In this document: piece after piece, positions 63,201 through 64,000 of the stretch
Layout of the letters: every line of letters starts with the position of its first letter
Numbering within the stretch: position 1 is the stretch's first letter
Origin: Minutocellus sp. GHC0000111
Taxonomy: Eukaryota
Length of the DNA stretch: 64,000 bases
Direction of reading: 5' to 3'
Assembly (NCBI GenBank): GCA_977018835.1
Contig: OZ361259.1
Location: 806,001 to 870,000 of the forward strand
Position numbers and translations under genes: made by a program
The notes under the pieces: generated by a model
The model's database searches: none
Told to the model about the DNA's origin: nothing
Seen by the model: only the letters and a program-made list of their open reading frames with translations

Positions 63201-64000
63201 TGAAAATGAAAGAAAGGAAAAACACTGTTAGACTTCATTTACAAAATGTAAAATAAATGATGAAATTTCACTTACCGGCATCCGGATCATCATAAGAAAT
63301 AGCAACATCCTTCAAATACAGTCTTTCCTCTGCGCCGCTGTCATTCTTGTAAATCACAGAAGTGTTTGTTGGGATTGCGCACATTACAAAAGAGATTTCT
63401 GTGATTCTCTGATGGAATCAATATTTTGAGAGCCTCATCAACCTCCGCATTTGCTCAGGGTATAAAATTTCTAAATTGAGACTGCCTAATAGATGTCCCA
63501 TTGATAACAGTCTCACCGGTCTGAGAATCTGCCGCCTTTTTTAGCACCTTTCTTGCATTTGCCTCAATGGCTCGACCGGAGCGGAAGCGAGTGCAAATAG
63601 CGGCAAGGGCGCTGCTGTCCTTGTAGTCATAAATTGCTCTCTGCAAGTGCTGAAGGGCTTGGTCATGGCTCCCACTTATTAAAATAGCCTTGCTGCAGCT
63701 GTGGCTCAGCAGAGCGTGCCGCACCAGCCGAAGAAGCACGTTGACAGACCTAGAAACACCATTTCCTTCCACCTCTCATCATCACGCCGCTGCCAATCTT
63801 CTTCAGACTCATGGCCGCCACATGCATTTCAAGTATGGCCACTCCATAAGCAAGTCAGGCTCGTCTAACATGGTGGTAACAATAATGTGGGGGACAACTC
63901 CGGCCTCCATCACCAGTTTTGCTGCCATCTTCGTCCGGACATCATCGTCAAGCTCATCAAGAATGTGATTTACACTTTCCAAATGGGGCTGCATCTTAGG

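Larger units (their letters stand above)
41697..64000. repeat. Head-to-tail tandem array of a ~10.47-kb unit: 41697-52168, 52169-62643, 62644->end
   Basis: ORF offsets are 10472-10475 (42508/52980/63455; 48747/59222). Units differ mostly by homopolymer indels. Confidence 0.97.

Noticed and set aside
41697..64000. 10.47-kb unit as rDNA, an integrated virus or a Polinton/Helitron
   Set aside because: No rRNA, capsid, polymerase, Rep/helicase or intact integrase motifs were seen; the contents are host-gene and TE fragments.

Overview
Eukaryotic, most likely diatom (stramenopile) DNA. This is inferred from short GT-AG introns, CoDi-like copia fragments, diatom-type Cys domains and a short CCCTAA tract. 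The first 33 kb is a patchwork of secreted or Golgi-type genes interleaved with broken copia, LINE, Penelope, Harbinger-like and MULE-like elements. The genes are an atypical P450 with a Ser/Lys/Pro tail, a DUF3431-like protein, an astacin, a dirigent-like protein, a methyltransferase, a sugar epimerase, a GT-GH20 fusion and a sulfotransferase; many are frameshifted. From 32800 to the end, the window is one amplified block: a ~10.47-kb unit in head-to-tail tandem (41697-52168, 52169-62643, 62644->end), preceded by an 8.9-kb inverted copy (32800-41697), giving three intact copies of a second sulfotransferase. The most unusual signal is a patchy TpA->CpA/TpG (A:T->G:C) substitution signature on both strands in repeated DNA of every transposon class. 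It turns conserved Tyr codons into His/Cys, which is the opposite polarity to fungal RIP. Also notable: an epimerase gene is split by a 2.7-kb insertion carrying the GT-GH20 gene and flanked by an ATTGA duplication. All family calls rest on motifs recognised by eye; no searches were run.
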